DNA of 64,000 bases from a virus. The notes under the pieces are model-generated. The model had not been told where the DNA came from. It made no database searches and saw only the letters and a program-made list of their open reading frames with translations. The position numbers and the translations under genes were made by a program. The stretch is from positions 82,794 through 146,793 of IMG/VR virus record IMGVR_UViG_3300036715_001140. One strand, 5' to 3'. This document shows positions 19,290-30,028 of this stretch, in pieces. The stretch's first letter is position 1. Every line of letters begins with the position of its first letter.

Positions 19290-19940
19290 CTATGCTCCTC
19301 TAATTTCTTTCCGAAGTTTGTTATATAACGCTATAACCTCTCGTGCTTGTTTATTACCAAAAGAAGGTTTTCCATTAGCACTCGTAGCTCTAAGGCTTCC
19401 TTTGTAATAAGTTAAAGCTAGCTCTAGATTTCCATTAGCTATTTTTAACTTCTCTTCCAGAACCCTACAACCATATAATGTATCCACATCGGCGTATTCC
19501 ATAGAGGCTTTAGGAGTTTGCATCAAACTTTTGTATCCTTTTGGACTAACGGCATTAAGTTTAAACTGACTTTCAGTGTACATTAATGTGGCAATTAGTA
19601 AAGGATCTATTTTTATTTGTGACGCTCCTAAAAGTATAGCCTTAATTATGGAGTCTCTCTTTGATTCTGGGCAATTAAGTTTTTTTAGTACCGTTACTAA
19701 TTCTTTCTGTTGAACGGTAAGTTGCTTTTTAACATCAGTTACTTTCATAGGATACGGCAAGGTTTCGTGAAAGGACTTTACCTGAAAAATAATAAAATAT
19801 ACAGTAAGTATCAATAGTCCAATCTTTACAGCAGCCCAAGCTGTAGCAAAACCTTTTAGAATCAGGTCTGGGTAATTTACCTCTTCCTTTGAGTGTCTTA
19901 ATGCTGTCAATATATTTTCCACTAGTAATTCCTCCGTCAA
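19290..19940 (-). CDS. SLT-family (GH23) lytic transglycosylase with N-terminal TM anchor
   Basis: TESQF catalytic Glu, AVSPKG..SLMQ, ALTYY. Confidence 0.85.
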   Translation of the reverse strand: MTEELLVENILTALRHSKEEVNYPDLILKGFATAWAAVKIGLLILTVYFIIFQVKSFHETLPYPMKVTDVKKQLTVQQKELVTVLKKLNCPESKRDSIIKAILLGASQIKIDPLLIATLMYTESQFKLNAVSPKGYKSLMQTPKASMEYADVDTLYGCRVLEEKLKIANGNLELALTYYKGSLRATSANGKPSFGNKQAREVIALYNKLRKEIRGA

Positions 19941-20031
19941 TGTAAAACCTCAAAGATAATTAGTTCTTTTTATGGTAGTTCTAAATTTAAAAAGAACTAT
20001 CCGGTAGAAGTTTTATATTGATTACTGATTG

Positions 20032-20490
20032 TTAATCCGCAGATTCTCTCCTTTCCGATACCTCAGTAAGTATCTGAGATTTAGCTTTCTTTGAATATAC
20101 TGGGGCTTTATACTGAACAAGATCTGAAAATAGTTCAGTAAGCTCAAGTTTTATTTTCTTAGATTCTTCCTTTACTGATACTAAATGAATTACATCATTT
20201 TGCTTATACTGCTTCAATAGGTTACAATCAGGATGTGTTATTAATACGTTTAATGTACCTCTAGTTATATCCTCAGGAACGTTTAAAGTATTCCGCAATA
20301 AACTACAAACTTGATTTACTGTGATATTAGTGTTTGTTTCAACAATGTCTAAAATAAAATACAACAACTTTTTATTATAATCTTTGTAATATTGTTCTTG
20401 TTGAACATATAAAACAGAATCAAATTTAAATGCTATCACAGAATTTAAATTTTCAAGTTTAAGCTGTGCGGTAGTAGAGGTAGTACTCAT
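20032..20490 (-). CDS. hypothetical protein, possible winged-helix
   Basis: ORF with GGAGG RBS. Confidence 0.55.
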   Translation of the reverse strand: MSTTSTTAQLKLENLNSVIAFKFDSVLYVQQEQYYKDYNKKLLYFILDIVETNTNITVNQVCSLLRNTLNVPEDITRGTLNVLITHPDCNLLKQYKQNDVIHLVSVKEESKKIKLELTELFSDLVQYKAPVYSKKAKSQILTEVSERRESAD

Positions 20491-21586
20491 TTATATCCTC
20501 CTTTACCGGATTTTCTAATTCAAATTTAAGTTTTTGAATTAGTCTCTTAAAATATGCCCATTTCATCTTAACAAACTTTGATACCAATTTTAAAAATAAT
20601 GAATAGGATGTTTGCTCCTGAAAGTCAGTATTATCCATGTTACTATTAGGAGCTATATATCCTTTATTCTTTAACCAGCTAGTAAAAGCTTCATCATATA
20701 CACCACTCATTACTTTAAATGCTTTAATACGTCTTTCTGTAATACCATAACGTTTCAATAGCTGTTTCACTGTTAGCTTGTTTTCTATCTGTTCGTGTGT
20801 TTCTCCATGGTCTGTAAAATATTTAGATTTATCTTCATTCTCCATACCATCAATAGATTTTTCTACTACGGTGTAAATCCCATTCTCTTCTACCATTCTT
20901 ACTCGTTTTTTAGTAGTATGAAAATTGATCATATTTATGGTATGATTTTTTATAGGTTTTATTAAGGACATAACCCAATGTTGTATATTAGATTTCTTAA
21001 AAGGTGATAGCCAATAAAACGTTTGAACCATCTTTGCTTTTATTTCACTTTTAACAGTTTCTATATCTAAAGATCCACTCTGAATTAAAAACTTTAATTT
21101 GGTCCACACTAGGTTATTAATTAAGGGTTTCAACTTAGTATCTGCACTTAAAATAATCTTAGTACATAATTCTTTTAAGTACATCAAACAAGGAAGTTTA
21201 TTTTTACCGCCAAGTTGAAAAGTGATAGCCTTAGTATGCTGATTAAGCTCTTTATCATAGAAAAATTTCTTAAGATAAACTTTATCTTTACCTAGTATTT
21301 CAAACTCTTCATACTTATCTTCTACATTCCAAGTTTTAAATCTTTTAAAAGAACAAGCATGAAGGATAAACATTTTTACATTAAGCAGAAAGTATCCATT
21401 CTCTATCAGCTTAAGTCTAAATACTTTTACAGATTTACTAGTAATTACTTTTTTGATTCGTTTGTGGAACACACTAGCGCTTATAGTTTTAGTTAAATAC
21501 TTTAGGCTACACTCATATAGGTATAAAAATATTGGATTATCATATTCTACATCATAATAATCATGAATGTATTTCGCTAGTGACAT
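20459..21586 (-). CDS. hypothetical protein, possible divergent sigma-like factor
   Basis: weak region-2-like segment (DIETVKSEI...IKNHTINMI); function uncertain. Confidence 0.45.
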   Translation of the reverse strand: MSLAKYIHDYYDVEYDNPIFLYLYECSLKYLTKTISASVFHKRIKKVITSKSVKVFRLKLIENGYFLLNVKMFILHACSFKRFKTWNVEDKYEEFEILGKDKVYLKKFFYDKELNQHTKAITFQLGGKNKLPCLMYLKELCTKIILSADTKLKPLINNLVWTKLKFLIQSGSLDIETVKSEIKAKMVQTFYWLSPFKKSNIQHWVMSLIKPIKNHTINMINFHTTKKRVRMVEENGIYTVVEKSIDGMENEDKSKYFTDHGETHEQIENKLTVKQLLKRYGITERRIKAFKVMSGVYDEAFTSWLKNKGYIAPNSNMDNTDFQEQTSYSLFLKLVSKFVKMKWAYFKRLIQKLKFELENPVKEDINEYYLYYRTA

Positions 21587-22419
21587 TATCTATCCCCTTT
21601 CTTTTTCTTCTTAGAAAGGGTTGATAAAGTTAATTCAGTACGTTTCTCTACTTCACGTTGTAAAGATGAATTTAAACGTTTAGGACTCAATTTTGATTTT
21701 ATTTCAAAATCAAGATCATCTACTACTCCACGTCCGATAATATCATCTATGGTTTCTACTACAGCGAGCTTTTGCTTTGCAGATGTTCTTCCCTCAAACA
21801 TAGGATCTACAATTAAATTTTTCTCTTTTAAAACACGTCTGAGCTGTATAAAATCACTAAGTTTAAGTACAGACTCTTTTAATGCAAACATTCTAACGCC
21901 TGTTTTACCTATAATAAAAACGCCTGTATCTGTTGCACTAAAAACATGACCAATAATATAGTTTGAAACATACTGGTCTGACGCTGTTCCAAAATACTTT
22001 ACTGCAACTTTTTCCATGAAATGAAAACCACGTTTTCTCAAGTTTCTTTCTTGTGATATTATTTCATAGAATAATGGTAATACTGTTAATGGCATAGCCC
22101 TTAATGTATCAGCCAGAGGTTGTAATACTTTTTCAAAATCTTGAAGGATAAAAGGATTTACTGAGTACTGCGTACATGCTGGAGTTGTATCTATACTGCC
22201 TAAGTTATTACATGTTGTCTTTTTACCTTTGGGTATAATCCAAGAGTAGTGTTGACAAGTTCCACAGTACTTCTTACATTTTAAGTGTTTAGACCCCATT
22301 AATTTTTTACCCCCAATAAAGTTATAGTACCCGAAGGCAATGTTTAAACCGGTATTTCTTTTACAACTTATAGGTAAGCTTAGACCATATTGGTATGATA
22401 TATAGTGTATTTTATACAC
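21586..22419 (-). CDS. Cys-containing hypothetical protein
   Basis: CGTC; probable start MGSK at ~22299. Confidence 0.55.
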   Translation of the reverse strand: MYKIHYISYQYGLSLPISCKRNTGLNIAFGYYNFIGGKKLMGSKHLKCKKYCGTCQHYSWIIPKGKKTTCNNLGSIDTTPACTQYSVNPFILQDFEKVLQPLADTLRAMPLTVLPLFYEIISQERNLRKRGFHFMEKVAVKYFGTASDQYVSNYIIGHVFSATDTGVFIIGKTGVRMFALKESVLKLSDFIQLRRVLKEKNLIVDPMFEGRTSAKQKLAVVETIDDIIGRGVVDDLDFEIKSKLSPKRLNSSLQREVEKRTELTLSTLSKKKKKGDR

Positions 22420-22802
22420 TGAATAACAACTTCTGGTAAATTTCTTGCATTAAGTTTATTCTTCATTAGTTTTAATGCTTGATGCAACTCTGGAGTAACT
22501 GATATTGTTATTCTTCCAGTCTTATCTCCTGAAAAATTAATAATCTCATTTAAACCATGTAGAATAATCATTGTAGCATTCATAACTTCTTGTGAGTGTC
22601 TTGATGTTTTCCACGTAGCTGATGATGAACCTCCCTTTCCTTTTCTGTAAAGAGATAATAACCTATTTATCTCTTTGTGAATAGCGTTGTGACAATTGGA
22701 ACACAAAATTACAGTTTGTCCATGTTTACCTCCTGCGGCTTGTGGTGTAACGTGATGCTCATGTTCTACGTCTGGCTGTTCATGGCAAACAAAACAGATC
22801 AT
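22380..22802 (-). CDS. HNH endonuclease
   Basis: CFVC...HEHHVTP...GG...LCSNCHNAIH. Confidence 0.85.
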   Translation of the reverse strand: MICFVCHEQPDVEHEHHVTPQAAGGKHGQTVILCSNCHNAIHKEINRLLSLYRKGKGGSSSATWKTSRHSQEVMNATMIILHGLNEIINFSGDKTGRITISVTPELHQALKLMKNKLNARNLPEVVIQCIKYTIYHTNMV

Positions 22803-22814
22803 TTCTGTTTTTCC

Positions 22815-24470
22815 TCATTTACTTGTAGATTTTAATTTTGAAAGTAGTGTAATATTTGGTTTATGTATTTTACTCCTTTCCTTTTCTTCTTTAATAACAT
22901 TAGCCTCATTCCAAACTTTCAAAATTATATCTTCATAATCTGAAAGTTTCTTCCTTCTTGCTTTCAAGAATTTTTTGCACTTATGCATTAATACTGGTTG
23001 TGTATACTCTTTTTCTTTTAGTCTATGAACATAATTAACTAATTCTTCATGAAGTCTAAGGTTAGATTCAAAATTGAACATAGACCTTGAAATTCTTCTA
23101 GTAGGAAATGACCAATCAAAGATATTGAATTTTATCTTACTAAAAGCAATCTCAGCATTCCATGCTCCTAACAGTTTGTCTTGCATTACCCAATAATAGG
23201 TTAAATGACCATGTACAATACCTTTATCAGAAACAAGAACCAACTTATCATACTTATTTTCAATAGTAAGATTTATTTTATCCAAACATTTATTAGCCAG
23301 TTCTAATACCTTAGGCGTATAATCTGTGAGCTTACAATTCAACTCTTTTTTACCTTTAGCTTTATGTTCTGACACTTTTTCTTCCATATCAGCAAGATCT
23401 GAGTATACTTGAGCTAAATCAATTTTCTTTTTTTCAATTTTCAATTTTAATATCTTTATTTGTTTGGTAAGATACGTAGTCCTTAGCTCTCTTGCACTTA
23501 AAGCTTTTTCTAAGTCTGGACCGTAAGCATTAGGTGGGATGTCTTCGTAGTCTTTTATCTCTGCTTCATAATCAGCTATAAGTTCTTCCATGTCCTTTAT
23601 TGGCTGCAATTTATTTCGTAACCAATATAACTTTTCATTGTAGTCTCTGGCTACAGATTTATAATTATCAACTTTTATCATCTCATCTTGAATCTTATCT
23701 GTATTTATGGCTAACAGAATTTGATCTTCAAAAATAGAACAGCCACCAACATAATTAACCGTTATTCCTAAAACTTTTAGTCTATTCACTCTAAGTAGTG
23801 TATCAACTTTGGTTGTTGGTATAACTGGACCTTTAACCAACATCGCTAATTTATTAGATATCCTAGGCAACTTATCTATCTGCTTCTTGTACTGATCTAG
23901 TGCTATCTCTAATTCACCGAAAAATTCTTGTTCCCAATTTTTTATTGATTTCTCTTTCTTTATTCGGTGGGCCTCAGTTTCTTCCCAATCTCTTTCCACT
24001 GGTGATAATGATCTTATTTCATCTTCAATTTGGAAACCTACTCTTACTTTTCCTGTTTCATCTAAGATAGAGTCTTGAAGACGATCTTGAGCTTCTTTAG
24101 AAACATTATCATAACCAGGTCTAATAGTTATTACTGGTTTAGTATAATTTTCTTCTACACTCGGTAGATCTAATTCCACTATTTTAGTACACAAAGTTTG
24201 TGATTTATCTACGATCTTAGCTATACATGCTCTTGCTTGTTTCTTAGTTAGAATCTTTTCTTTTCTTCCTTCTATTATACCTGATAAAGTTAATACTAAA
24301 TGTTGCATCATTTCTTTAAGAGGTTTTTGTTTTTTAAGAGTCATCAAAGGTATAACTGAATTAAGCTCCTTTACAGTATTCTTTGCTACCACTGGTATCC
24401 ATTCTACCTCAAGTTTCTCCATTGCCTTCAGTTGTCCACAAAGACTAAGCAAAATTCTCTTGTTTACCAT
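22815..24470 (-). CDS. coiled-coil hypothetical protein, paralog of 24617-25897
   Basis: shared FEDQ(I/L)LL.IN, HG...YYWVM, W.FP, KVW.EA blocks. Confidence 0.7.
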   Translation of the reverse strand: MVNKRILLSLCGQLKAMEKLEVEWIPVVAKNTVKELNSVIPLMTLKKQKPLKEMMQHLVLTLSGIIEGRKEKILTKKQARACIAKIVDKSQTLCTKIVELDLPSVEENYTKPVITIRPGYDNVSKEAQDRLQDSILDETGKVRVGFQIEDEIRSLSPVERDWEETEAHRIKKEKSIKNWEQEFFGELEIALDQYKKQIDKLPRISNKLAMLVKGPVIPTTKVDTLLRVNRLKVLGITVNYVGGCSIFEDQILLAINTDKIQDEMIKVDNYKSVARDYNEKLYWLRNKLQPIKDMEELIADYEAEIKDYEDIPPNAYGPDLEKALSARELRTTYLTKQIKILKLKIEKKKIDLAQVYSDLADMEEKVSEHKAKGKKELNCKLTDYTPKVLELANKCLDKINLTIENKYDKLVLVSDKGIVHGHLTYYWVMQDKLLGAWNAEIAFSKIKFNIFDWSFPTRRISRSMFNFESNLRLHEELVNYVHRLKEKEYTQPVLMHKCKKFLKARRKKLSDYEDIILKVWNEANVIKEEKERSKIHKPNITLLSKLKSTSK

Positions 24471-24508
24471 GAATAACTCCTTTCAATTTCGATACAACTC
24501 TTTGCTTA

Positions 24509-24537
24509 ATTATACAATATATCTAATATTATGTCAA
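24509..24537 (-). promoter_or_regulatory. consensus sigma70 promoter
   Basis: TTGACA-N17-TATAAT; AAGAGTTG box at 24502-24495. Confidence 0.9.
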
Positions 24538-24616
24538 ATATATTATTTTTATATGTTATTTCAAATAGTTAGCCTATCAATTTATCTTTAAGACTGTTTG
24601 TTTTACTTGAAGGGAC

Positions 24617-25897
24617 TTAAGATTTTCTGCGTTCTTTAAGAACTTCATCTGCTTCTGCCCAAACTTTTTCAAAAACTTCTTCATAATACTTATCCATTTC
24701 TTTATGCTGTTTAACCAGAAACACTTTCATTTTCTTGTATGCTGTATCCTTATTAGAACCAAGTCTAAATAACTTTAAAATTTCTTCTACATATTCATCT
24801 GAAGATTTAACTTCTCTTTCAATTTTATCTTTTACTTTTGTCCAACGATGTTGTGGAAAATCCCATCCTAAGAATTTCATATCCACTCCACCTGTCAACT
24901 TATTCCAAGCATAGAATACTCTACGTTTCATTACCCAATAATATACAATGTCGCCATGATATACACCTGTTGGACGCAATTCTTTATTTGTAATTCCTTT
25001 TATCTTAACTTGAATCAAATTAAACTTATGAGCCTCAGGAAATATTATCTGATCAGGTTCTTCTAAATTCTTATTTATTTCTTGAATACTATCTAATAAC
25101 CGTTCAAATAATAAGTCATCAAAATCTTTATTCTTTCCTTTTACAATATCTTTATTAATAGCTTTATACTCTTTATATTCATCTTGAAGAGCATCCTTTT
25201 TATCAAGGATGTTTTTATATTTAACTTTGTATTCATCTATTTGCTTCTTTAATTCTAGTTCTTTATTTTTCAAACTTTTTAATCTCAATTCTCTTGCTTC
25301 CTTTGCATCAGGACTATCTGCGGGATTATCTATTTCGTTAGAAAGATACGCTACTTCCTCTTCAAGTTCATTTAGCTGAGTTAAAGCATAAGATAATGGT
25401 TCAATCTTATCTTCATACTCTGCCAATTGTTCTAGATACTTTTTGCAAGTTAGTCTATACTTTTCTACTTCAGAAGTTTCTTTTGCAAAGGCTTTGAAAT
25501 TGATTCCAAGTAATAATTGATCTTCAAAAACATGAAATCCTCCTGCAACTAACATCTTTATACCAGATGCTCGTATTTTGTCAGGATCTAGATTTAAAGT
25601 ATTACCCATTAATGGTAATATAGGCGCTTTCTGAATAATAAAAGAACCTAAAATACTTGTTTTTAAGGATGACACTTGTTTAGTATACTTATGCAAAAAT
25701 GAGTCTAAACCATCGTAAAATTCATTTTCCCATTTTTGTAATGCATCTGTTCGCTTCAAGTAATTTATCATGTCCGAATCATAATCAGATGGAATCTCAT
25801 AATTACCATGTCTACTGCTTAGCTTTTGATCTATCTTAACTTGAATTCCCATTTTGTTCTCCTTTGGAAGAAGTTTCTGAATTTTTAACCATTTCAA
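24617..25897 (-). CDS. coiled-coil hypothetical protein, paralog of 22815-24470
   Basis: same motif blocks; probable start MGIQ at ~25852. Confidence 0.7.
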   Translation of the reverse strand: MKWLKIQKLLPKENKMGIQVKIDQKLSSRHGNYEIPSDYDSDMINYLKRTDALQKWENEFYDGLDSFLHKYTKQVSSLKTSILGSFIIQKAPILPLMGNTLNLDPDKIRASGIKMLVAGGFHVFEDQLLLGINFKAFAKETSEVEKYRLTCKKYLEQLAEYEDKIEPLSYALTQLNELEEEVAYLSNEIDNPADSPDAKEARELRLKSLKNKELELKKQIDEYKVKYKNILDKKDALQDEYKEYKAINKDIVKGKNKDFDDLLFERLLDSIQEINKNLEEPDQIIFPEAHKFNLIQVKIKGITNKELRPTGVYHGDIVYYWVMKRRVFYAWNKLTGGVDMKFLGWDFPQHRWTKVKDKIEREVKSSDEYVEEILKLFRLGSNKDTAYKKMKVFLVKQHKEMDKYYEEVFEKVWAEADEVLKERRKS

Positions 25898-25947
25898 CTA
25901 ATCTATTCCAGAGTTCTTTATGCTTTTCTTTCTTGCTAATATTTCTA

Positions 25948-26028
25948 CTATTATTACCTGAGGTAAATGTTTTTACAACAGGTTTTCTATTATTACCTGA
26001 GGTAAATGTTTTTACAACAGGTTTTCTA
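25948..26028. repeat. exact 39-bp tandem duplication inside small ORF 25836-26039
   Basis: CTATTATTACCTGAGGTAAATGTTTTTACAACAGGTTTT x2 (RKPVVKTFTSGNN x2). Confidence 0.9.
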
Positions 26029-26040
26029 ATATTATGCATA

Positions 26041-27480
26041 TTATTTTAAACCTCGCAAAATTCGGACCTCTGGTTGAGTTAGATCCTTTTCGAGAAAAGA
26101 AATGTCCTCTTTAACTTTCTCTATTTCTTTTAAAAGTTTTTCACGACTAAGTTTTGTTAATTGCTTAAATTTAAGGTCTAATAGGTAGTTAGCTTGATCT
26201 TCTGTAAGTGGTTGTTTATTCAGCTTTAACTTACGCAACAAAGTTATTGGATCTTTAACATCCATAGTTTGCTTCATAGTATCAAGGTTTTTAGCTGCTA
26301 ATTGAAGTAAATTTAACTTCTCAAGCTCTTTAGTCCTTACCTTAATTAAATTATTAATAACCTTAAGTTCAAATTCAATTCTCCATGCTACCCATCGGTT
26401 AATAATTTCTGGTATATTACTATAGCTAAAAACAACTGTTTCATCAGAGTTGCGTTCAGTTATGGCTGTCTGCAAAGATAACTTAGTTGTTGATTTTGTT
26501 TTTACCAATGATAATAATTCTTTAACTTGTTTATCATCTAATCTTTTCTTATAATAGATACAAATCTTCCAACCTTCTTTATCTGATTCATCTTGTACTT
26601 TTTCTACATTAGGAATTTTTGAATAAACTTCCATTCTACTTTCTAAAGAGTTTGCAACGATAAAGCGTGGTGCCAAAGAAGTTATTACAATTCTATTTGG
26701 TTCTAGTTTAAAAGTAGGTTGAAATAGTATTGTTCCTTTTCCAGTGTCATAATATTCTTTAAGATCATCTTTAGAGCTTACACATATACCACCATTACTA
26801 AAATTAAACTCTAAATATTTTAAACACATTGAAGTAGTACAAGGTTTACCGTTAAGAGCTTTCTTAACCAATATAATGATACTATCTTTTGTATAAGATG
26901 GTATAAGACCTGAAGCACCAGTACCGATACCTTCACTACCATTTATCAGTAGATTTGGTAGTTTAGCCGGTAGAATTACAGGTACTTTTTTATCACCAGA
27001 AAAGTTATCAATGTAGTCACATACTGCCAAGTAGTCTTTATCTAACAAGTAATTTTCAGCGTATTTAGAAAGACGACACTCAGTATAACGATATGCTCCT
27101 GCGGAGTCGGTAGGCGAACCCCAATTACCACGCCCATCAATAAGTTTTTCAGGTAGATTAGCCATTGTAACCATTGAAGAATATACACCGGCGTCACTGT
27201 GTGGATGATAATTACCTATGCAAGTTCCAACTACTTTAGCAGCTTTCTGATGCCTTCCATCTGATCTGAAATTCTCTACATTGAAAGTCCACAAAACCAT
27301 CCTATGGACTGGTTTTAATCCATCTCTAAAATCTGGTATTGCTCGTTGTTCCAAAGTATATGAACCATATACCTTTAAGTTATGCGTAGCTGTTTCTACT
27401 AAGGATACTTCACGAATATTTTCTTTAACAATAGGCTTGAACTTTTCAGCTCTTGATAATTTCTTTGTAGTTTTTTTCAT
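26041..27480 (-). CDS. gyrA: type IIA topoisomerase subunit A (GyrA/ParC-like, no C-terminal pinwheel)
   Basis: RAIPDFRDGLKPVHR, YHPHSD, AYRYTE active-site Tyr; only 479 aa. Confidence 0.92.
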   Translation of the reverse strand: MKKTTKKLSRAEKFKPIVKENIREVSLVETATHNLKVYGSYTLEQRAIPDFRDGLKPVHRMVLWTFNVENFRSDGRHQKAAKVVGTCIGNYHPHSDAGVYSSMVTMANLPEKLIDGRGNWGSPTDSAGAYRYTECRLSKYAENYLLDKDYLAVCDYIDNFSGDKKVPVILPAKLPNLLINGSEGIGTGASGLIPSYTKDSIIILVKKALNGKPCTTSMCLKYLEFNFSNGGICVSSKDDLKEYYDTGKGTILFQPTFKLEPNRIVITSLAPRFIVANSLESRMEVYSKIPNVEKVQDESDKEGWKICIYYKKRLDDKQVKELLSLVKTKSTTKLSLQTAITERNSDETVVFSYSNIPEIINRWVAWRIEFELKVINNLIKVRTKELEKLNLLQLAAKNLDTMKQTMDVKDPITLLRKLKLNKQPLTEDQANYLLDLKFKQLTKLSREKLLKEIEKVKEDISFLEKDLTQPEVRILRGLK

Positions 27481-27563
27481 TATTATATATCCTTTTTTCT
27501 TTAGCCTGTAACTTCACTAATATCAATACGTTCTTTAGTCATTGTCATATTTTCCTTAAATTT

Positions 27564-29456
27564 TTATTCAGCTACTCCAAGTATTTGTTTTCTTGTAGTA
27601 ACATCGTTACCAACTATATCTAAGAATTTTACTCCATCTTTAGTAGATACTGGTCTAACCTTTAAGAGTTTTCGTGTTTCTTTATTAAAAGCTATCTCTT
27701 CGAGTTCATCAGGTTCAGCTTCTGCCCAACCTTTCAATCGTGTTATTACTGCACCTTTAGGAGCTTTCTTCTGAATCTCTTTTAAGGTATAACCAAATAT
27801 TTTTTTATTTTTAGATGAAGCAACAAATAGTGGTGAGTCTACTATATATACCATATCAAGTTCAAAGACTTGTGGAACTAACATATACAAAGATGTAAGC
27901 CAAAGATTAAGAATGTGATAACCATCAGGATCAGGGTCAACTAATGCAATTACTCTACCTACGCTAAAATTTGGAGTTACACCTGTTTTAAATGATTTTG
28001 GATCAACTCCTATTCCTGACAAAACCGTTTGTATTACTTTACTAGATAATGCTGATGCTTTACTCTTTTTAGCAATATTAGGAATTGCCTTACCTTTCAT
28101 CTTAAAAATCATTTGATAGTATTTATCTCTTGCTGCTTTTGAAGTTCCAGCCGCAGAGTCTCCTTCTACAAAGAATATCTCACGATCTGAAGCTGGACAC
28201 TTACTATCACAAGTTGTTAAGATACCAGGTAGTACTGCTCCTCTAGCATTATCTTTTATAGCAGAAGCAGCTTTCATTATCTTTTTAGATTGCTCTTTTG
28301 CTTGACGTATTGCTAAGGCTCTTACAATAAGTTCTTTAATCATAGACTTATTCTTTGACAGCCATGTTTTAAGTGCAGCCTCTAATTCTACTTCAAACTC
28401 TTTAGGAATAGGAGACTTCAATTCATCTTTAGTTTGACCTTTGTACTGAGCCTCCGCAATCTTAACATTTACAAAACCTATTAAACCTGCTTTAAGGTCA
28501 CTCTCTTTCATTTGTTTTTTCTTATTACTAACTAATGAATTGAAAGCTTTTACTAAAGTTTTATAGAAACTTGAAATGTGTGTACCACCTTCAGGGTTAT
28601 GTACACCATTAGTAAATCCTTCAAAAAGGGCTTCATCAGTAGATGACCACTGAGCAATTACTGAACCGTACTTTGATTTTATCTGAAAAGGCTTTTTACC
28701 CAATACTTCTAATTTATTTTCTTCTATCTTTGTTTTTAAGTAATCAAGAGCTCCATCTGGTTTAAAATACTCTACAGTTTTTAGTCCTTTCTTAGTCTCA
28801 TACTCAAAGTGAATTTTTACTGGACTATCAATCATTGAAGTAATATTTAACCAATTCTTAATATCATCAAGATTGATTGAATCCAATTTAACTTGTTCAA
28901 TAGTGTTATCAAAAGTAAATCGAATAATGGTACCACAATTATTCTTTGCAAACTCTGCATCTGGCTTCTTTTTTATAACTTCAGTAACAGGTTTACCTTT
29001 TTGAAATTTTTGATAATACCATTGTTCTCTATAGGTCCAAACTTCAAAAACAGATGAAATAGCATTAGTTGCAGCAATACCCGTACCATGTGTACCTCTC
29101 CCAGCTGTATACGAATTATCATCAAATTTTCCACCAGCTTGAATCATAGTTAATACAGCTGTTAAGGTTGATATCTTAGCTTTCTTATGAATACCTACTG
29201 GTATACCACGTCCTCTATCTGCTACGGTAAAAGTATGTTCTTTCTTTGTTTTATCTTTAGTATACTTTATATAAATATTCCATTTTTTACTACCCTGCTT
29301 TGTCTCTCCAAATTCATCAATGGCGTTATCAACACCTTCTTTTAAACCATGCTGCATAGGATTAGATCCTAAATACATGGTTGGTCTTGCCCTTACTTTA
29401 TCCACATCAGCTAAATGTACCTTAATACTATCTTCTGTATACTTTTTTGATGACAT
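27564..29456 (-). CDS. gyrB: type IIA topoisomerase subunit B (GyrB/ParE-like)
   Basis: VRARPTMY, DNAIDE, DRGRGIP, GTHGTG, VEGDSA, DPDPDG. Confidence 0.93.
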   Translation of the reverse strand: MSSKKYTEDSIKVHLADVDKVRARPTMYLGSNPMQHGLKEGVDNAIDEFGETKQGSKKWNIYIKYTKDKTKKEHTFTVADRGRGIPVGIHKKAKISTLTAVLTMIQAGGKFDDNSYTAGRGTHGTGIAATNAISSVFEVWTYREQWYYQKFQKGKPVTEVIKKKPDAEFAKNNCGTIIRFTFDNTIEQVKLDSINLDDIKNWLNITSMIDSPVKIHFEYETKKGLKTVEYFKPDGALDYLKTKIEENKLEVLGKKPFQIKSKYGSVIAQWSSTDEALFEGFTNGVHNPEGGTHISSFYKTLVKAFNSLVSNKKKQMKESDLKAGLIGFVNVKIAEAQYKGQTKDELKSPIPKEFEVELEAALKTWLSKNKSMIKELIVRALAIRQAKEQSKKIMKAASAIKDNARGAVLPGILTTCDSKCPASDREIFFVEGDSAAGTSKAARDKYYQMIFKMKGKAIPNIAKKSKASALSSKVIQTVLSGIGVDPKSFKTGVTPNFSVGRVIALVDPDPDGYHILNLWLTSLYMLVPQVFELDMVYIVDSPLFVASSKNKKIFGYTLKEIQKKAPKGAVITRLKGWAEAEPDELEEIAFNKETRKLLKVRPVSTKDGVKFLDIVGNDVTTRKQILGVAE

Positions 29457-29467
29457 CTAATTCTCCT

Positions 29468-30028
29468 TTAATCTAAGTTTTTAACCGTTATCTTTGTATT
29501 CAGTTTCAAATCTTTTGAACGTTTATTTATTCTGGCTTTATATATTAATGTATCTCTTACTTGCATTAAGATTCTTCCTAGCCAATTCTCACCTTTACCT
29601 CCACATGTTCCCCATATTACATCTCCCCAAGTATTGCCTTCAATTAAGATAGCATTATCCGTCTTTATTAACTTTGATCTCAGTTGTTTGTGCTTTGAAA
29701 ACTTTTGATACACTAGATCATACATAATTTGATATTTAACTTCATCCCAATCAGATCTTAATTCAATTCTTCTTCCCAACTTTTTGGCATCATTTGGATC
29801 AGATAGTTTAGAAAAATGTCTTAAATTTTCTTCAGTCCTGTTTTTAAGTTTCAATGCTTGAAATGCATGTTCTACTGTTGGAAAGGAAATGTCATCTACA
29901 ACTACTACTGAAGGATAAAAGTTTGAAAGGAAGTTATACTCATCATGAAAATCATTTATAATTTGTCTAGACACTTTAAATCCTTTCTTAATATTATTAA
30001 CATTATTAGATATCATCTCGTGGATCAA
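29468..30028 (-). CDS. NADAR (YbiA-like) family protein
   Basis: FLSNFY, FPTVEHAFQALK, AKKLGR, LIEGNTWGD.IWG, GENWLGRILM. Confidence 0.92.
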   Translation of the reverse strand: MIHEMISNNVNNIKKGFKVSRQIINDFHDEYNFLSNFYPSVVVVDDISFPTVEHAFQALKLKNRTEENLRHFSKLSDPNDAKKLGRRIELRSDWDEVKYQIMYDLVYQKFSKHKQLRSKLIKTDNAILIEGNTWGDVIWGTCGGKGENWLGRILMQVRDTLIYKARINKRSKDLKLNTKITVKNLD

